A DNA stretch of 41,672 nt from positions 1 to 41,672 of IMG/VR virus record IMGVR_UViG_3300029181_000008; one strand, given 5' to 3'. Source of the DNA: a virus. How positions within the stretch are numbered: position 1 is the first letter of the stretch; each line of letters begins with the position of its first letter. Shown here one piece after another: positions 39,471-41,672 of this stretch. A model generated the notes under the pieces. It saw only the letters and a list, made by a program, of their open reading frames with translations, did no database searches and was not told the DNA's origin. The position numbers were made by a program, and so were the translations under genes.

Positions 39471-41289
39471 AGCAATTTATGATTTGGATATGACACCAAG
39501 AAGAAGCCTTCCAATCATCATCAACGTTTCGCAGAATGATGATCTTGGAAGAACGCTCGTCTTTAACCTCTTTTCTTCAACTGGAACATGGACAGCACCA
39601 GACAGTGCAACAGCAACTCTTGAAGGTGGAAAGCCAGATGGAAAATTCTTTTCTTTTAACTGTACATACTCTAAGGGGACTGTAACAGCGATTATTCAAC
39701 AGCAGATGACAGCGGTATCTGGAAAAGTTGTTTGTAAGGTCAAGATACAGTCTGGAAACAAGGTAATTGAGTCTGCGCCAATCTACATGATGGTAGATGC
39801 AGCAGGCATTCCAGATGGTGCAGACATGTCTAAGTCTGATGTTAACGATGCAGTGGCAGCGGCTACTAAAAAGATTGTTGAGCAGGTAGCAGGAAGTATA
39901 CCAGAGGACTATAGCGCACTTAACAAATCAGTTGATGAGCTAAAGCAGGATTTAGGTAGCCAAAATACAATTTTTAATGGTGCATTATTTGATTACAAGT
40001 ATAATCTTTTAGCCGGTAGAATATGGGTTCATGGTAGTTGGGCATCAAGTAAGCCTACAGACGTTAAAAACAGAATTAGAACAGGAATTATAAATATTGA
40101 TGGGTTGCCAAATACGTTTTTTGTAAAAGTTGCTGATGGATATTTGTGGAATTATTATGCGTTCAATGGAGCTTATATTGGTGCTGGAAATGAATGGAAA
40201 AAAACTGGATATTTTAAGCTTTCACAACACGGAAACCCAACCCAAATTTCTGTTTTAATTAAAAGAGAAGATGATGCTGAAATTACTGATATAACTAATA
40301 CAGCATCTAAAATAAAAATCGAATTTGAATTGTTTAATTCTTTTTACAAAGACCTACGAATGATAAAAAATGGTGCTTTATCTGACTACAATAATGCAGA
40401 AGGCTTTTATGGTTGTAATGCATCGAATATTTCTAATATTACAGACTTACCCAGTAATATATCTACTGGATTTATTTTAAGAAATGAGCAAATCAAGCTC
40501 TCTGATACATCTGTATTCGGAACTTTTCAGACCGTTCAGAGTAGGCATGGGGAAATTGCAACAAGATTCATTACTACGTCAAATGTTGCTGATGATTGGA
40601 CTGTTCTGCGAACAAAATCTATTGAGATGGTATCAATAGGTGATTCTATACCACTTGGTACATATTCGTGGTTTGATGAATCTGCACAATGGGGGCATCT
40701 ATCAGCAGTTGATACAAAAATATCTTATGTACAAAAAATGTGTAACATAAAAGGAATTGTCAACAGGAATTATTGTCATGGGGGACTCGGTTGGTTAAGG
40801 ACTGCAAATGATGAAACGTCGCTAAAACCATTGCTGGACACGATAGATTTTACTTCGGTAAATTATGTATACATTCAACTTGGAACAAACGACTGGAATT
40901 ATTCATTTACTTTAGGTTCTGTTGAGGATGCAAAAGATTCTGACACAGTTTGCGGAAATATTAGATATGCTATTGAATATATCTATGACAAAAACCCAAT
41001 AATTAAATTATGTGTTGCACTACCTTTTAATCGCGCTCCGGGCGGTGCGAGCTATAAATACAACTGGGGATATGGCGCAATGAACAGTCAATCTAAGACT
41101 TTGAAAGATTACTGTGATGTTATAAAAAATATATGCGATGAATATGGAGTACAATATATAGATTGGACTACAAACAGTGCAATCGGACGACTTAACATTC
41201 AAAAAATGCTTCCAGATGGAACTCATCCGTCTGTTAAGGCACATGAAATATTGGCACATGAACTAGCTGGGCGAATTCCATTTAATTAA
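39463..41289 (+). CDS. Receptor-binding/baseplate protein: BppU-like N-terminus plus C-terminal SGNH (GDSL) esterase
   Basis: N-terminal IKAIYDLDMTPRRSLPIIINVSQNDDLGR. SGNH blocks are SIGDSIPLG, QLGTNDW and PDGTHPS. Confidence 0.8.
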   Translation: MIKAIYDLDMTPRRSLPIIINVSQNDDLGRTLVFNLFSSTGTWTAPDSATATLEGGKPDGKFFSFNCTYSKGTVTAIIQQQMTAVSGKVVCKVKIQSGNKVIESAPIYMMVDAAGIPDGADMSKSDVNDAVAAATKKIVEQVAGSIPEDYSALNKSVDELKQDLGSQNTIFNGALFDYKYNLLAGRIWVHGSWASSKPTDVKNRIRTGIINIDGLPNTFFVKVADGYLWNYYAFNGAYIGAGNEWKKTGYFKLSQHGNPTQISVLIKREDDAEITDITNTASKIKIEFELFNSFYKDLRMIKNGALSDYNNAEGFYGCNASNISNITDLPSNISTGFILRNEQIKLSDTSVFGTFQTVQSRHGEIATRFITTSNVADDWTVLRTKSIEMVSIGDSIPLGTYSWFDESAQWGHLSAVDTKISYVQKMCNIKGIVNRNYCHGGLGWLRTANDETSLKPLLDTIDFTSVNYVYIQLGTNDWNYSFTLGSVEDAKDSDTVCGNIRYAIEYIYDKNPIIKLCVALPFNRAPGGASYKYNWGYGAMNSQSKTLKDYCDVIKNICDEYGVQYIDWTTNSAIGRLNIQKMLPDGTHPSVKAHEILAHELAGRIPFN

Positions 41290-41352
41290 CTAAATTAGGC
41301 TATAGTTAATTACTTGCACCGATAGAAATGTCGGTGTGATAGGAGGAAAAAC

Positions 41353-41454
41353 TTGAAAATATACCGTTTTGAAGCGTTGGTGCGTGCTGATCCGCACACG
41401 AAAGAAAACCAAAAATCTCAAAAGAAGGAGACTAGAAATCATGGCATTGCTTGA
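41353..41454 (+). CDS. Possible 33-aa peptide (TTG start)
   Basis: AGGAGG lies 6 nt before the TTG. (M)KIYRFEALVRADPHTKENQKSQKKETRNHGIA. Overlaps the next start. Confidence 0.25.
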   Translation: MKIYRFEALVRADPHTKENQKSQKKETRNHGIA

Positions 41455-41672
41455 AACCTTGATCCCTGCATGTATCTCGGCAGGAGTCACCTTGCTTGTG
41501 TGCCTCATCAATAATCGAGGGCAACAGGAGCGCACACGAGCGTTGATGGAGTACAAACTTGATGAGCTTGCAAAGAGAGTTGATAAGCACAACTCGGTAA
41601 TTGAGCGGACTTACGAGCTTGAAAAGAATATGGCAGTTGTGATGGAGAAAATCGGTGTGGCAAACCACCGAA
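41441..41672 (+). CDS. 5' part of the junction-spanning BhlA/UviB-like holin-family protein (continues at 100..134)
   Basis: AAGGAG RBS 9 nt upstream. N-terminal TM helix then coiled coil. The reading frame continues through the 99-nt overlap. Confidence 0.7.
   Translation, partial: MALLETLIPACISAGVTLLVCLINNRGQQERTRALMEYKLDELAKRVDKHNSVIERTYELEKNMAVVMEKIGVANHR
41574..41672. repeat. Terminal direct repeat, copy 2 (identical to 1..99)
   Basis: Exact 99-nt match, consistent with a circular-assembly overlap or a short terminal redundancy. Confidence 0.95.

Larger units (their letters stand above)
1..41672. mobile_element. Complete temperate siphovirus-like phage genome (circularly closed contig)
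   Basis: All phage modules are present in canonical order (lysis, cargo, serine integrase, repressors, early, recombination, replication, late activator, packaging, head, tail). The first 99 nt equal the last 99 nt. Confidence 0.9.

Noticed and set aside
1-41672. Scan for CRISPR arrays, a reverse transcriptase (DGR or retron), or hallmark domains of named defence systems (CBASS, Gabija, Thoeris, R-M, Abi).
   Set aside because: No spaced direct-repeat array, no RT motif (YxDD) protein, no methyltransferase, and no large ATPase or nuclease gene outside the terminase was seen in any frame. The accessory content is instead the uncharacterised cargo operon reported in the findings.

Overview
The window is a complete temperate tailed-phage genome of about 41.57 kb, assembled as a circle: nt 1-99 are identical to nt 41574-41672, and one gene spans that junction. 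Strong GGAGG-type ribosome-binding sites, a BhlA-like lysis protein and an SH3b-type endolysin point to a Gram-positive host, probably a gut Clostridia-type Firmicute. In order along the + strand: (1) lysis cassette (BhlA-like protein, holin, endolysin; 41441-wrap-1657); (2) accessory region of about 5 kb (1663-6905) holding a small sigma-region-4-like regulator, a self-contained secreted-protein moron, a seven-gene operon of Gln/Asn-rich and Cys-rich proteins led by a Cys-His-Asp enzyme, and a minus-strand AP2/XRE cassette; (3) AT-rich probable attP region and a large serine integrase (7129-8463, minus); (4) immunity region with two tandem small paralogous peptides, two paralogous XRE repressors, a candidate small RNA between them, and back-to-back divergent promoters; (5) early region (10106-24336) with a 572-aa acidic protein, a tRNA-like element, two antirepressors, a recombination module (Gp157, Rad52/Sak, SSB, NinB), a replisome organizer with internal iterons, a G39P-like loader and a RinA/ArpU-like late activator; (6) SPP1/TP901-like morphogenesis module (terS, terL, portal, Mu-F-like head protein, scaffold, capsid, connectors, tail tube, G/GT chaperones, tape measure, Dit, Tal, and a receptor-binding protein with an SGNH esterase domain). 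I found no rRNA, canonical tRNA, CRISPR array, reverse transcriptase or recognisable named defence system. The best candidate for an undescribed system is the cargo operon at 2703-5778. Other points worth follow-up are the promoter/terminator-bounded sRNA candidate, the 25-bp perfect repeat that marks both late operons, the D-arm-less tRNA-like element, and an 11-bp palindrome shared by the early promoter and the replication-origin region. All domain calls come from reading motifs in the supplied translations; no database search was run.
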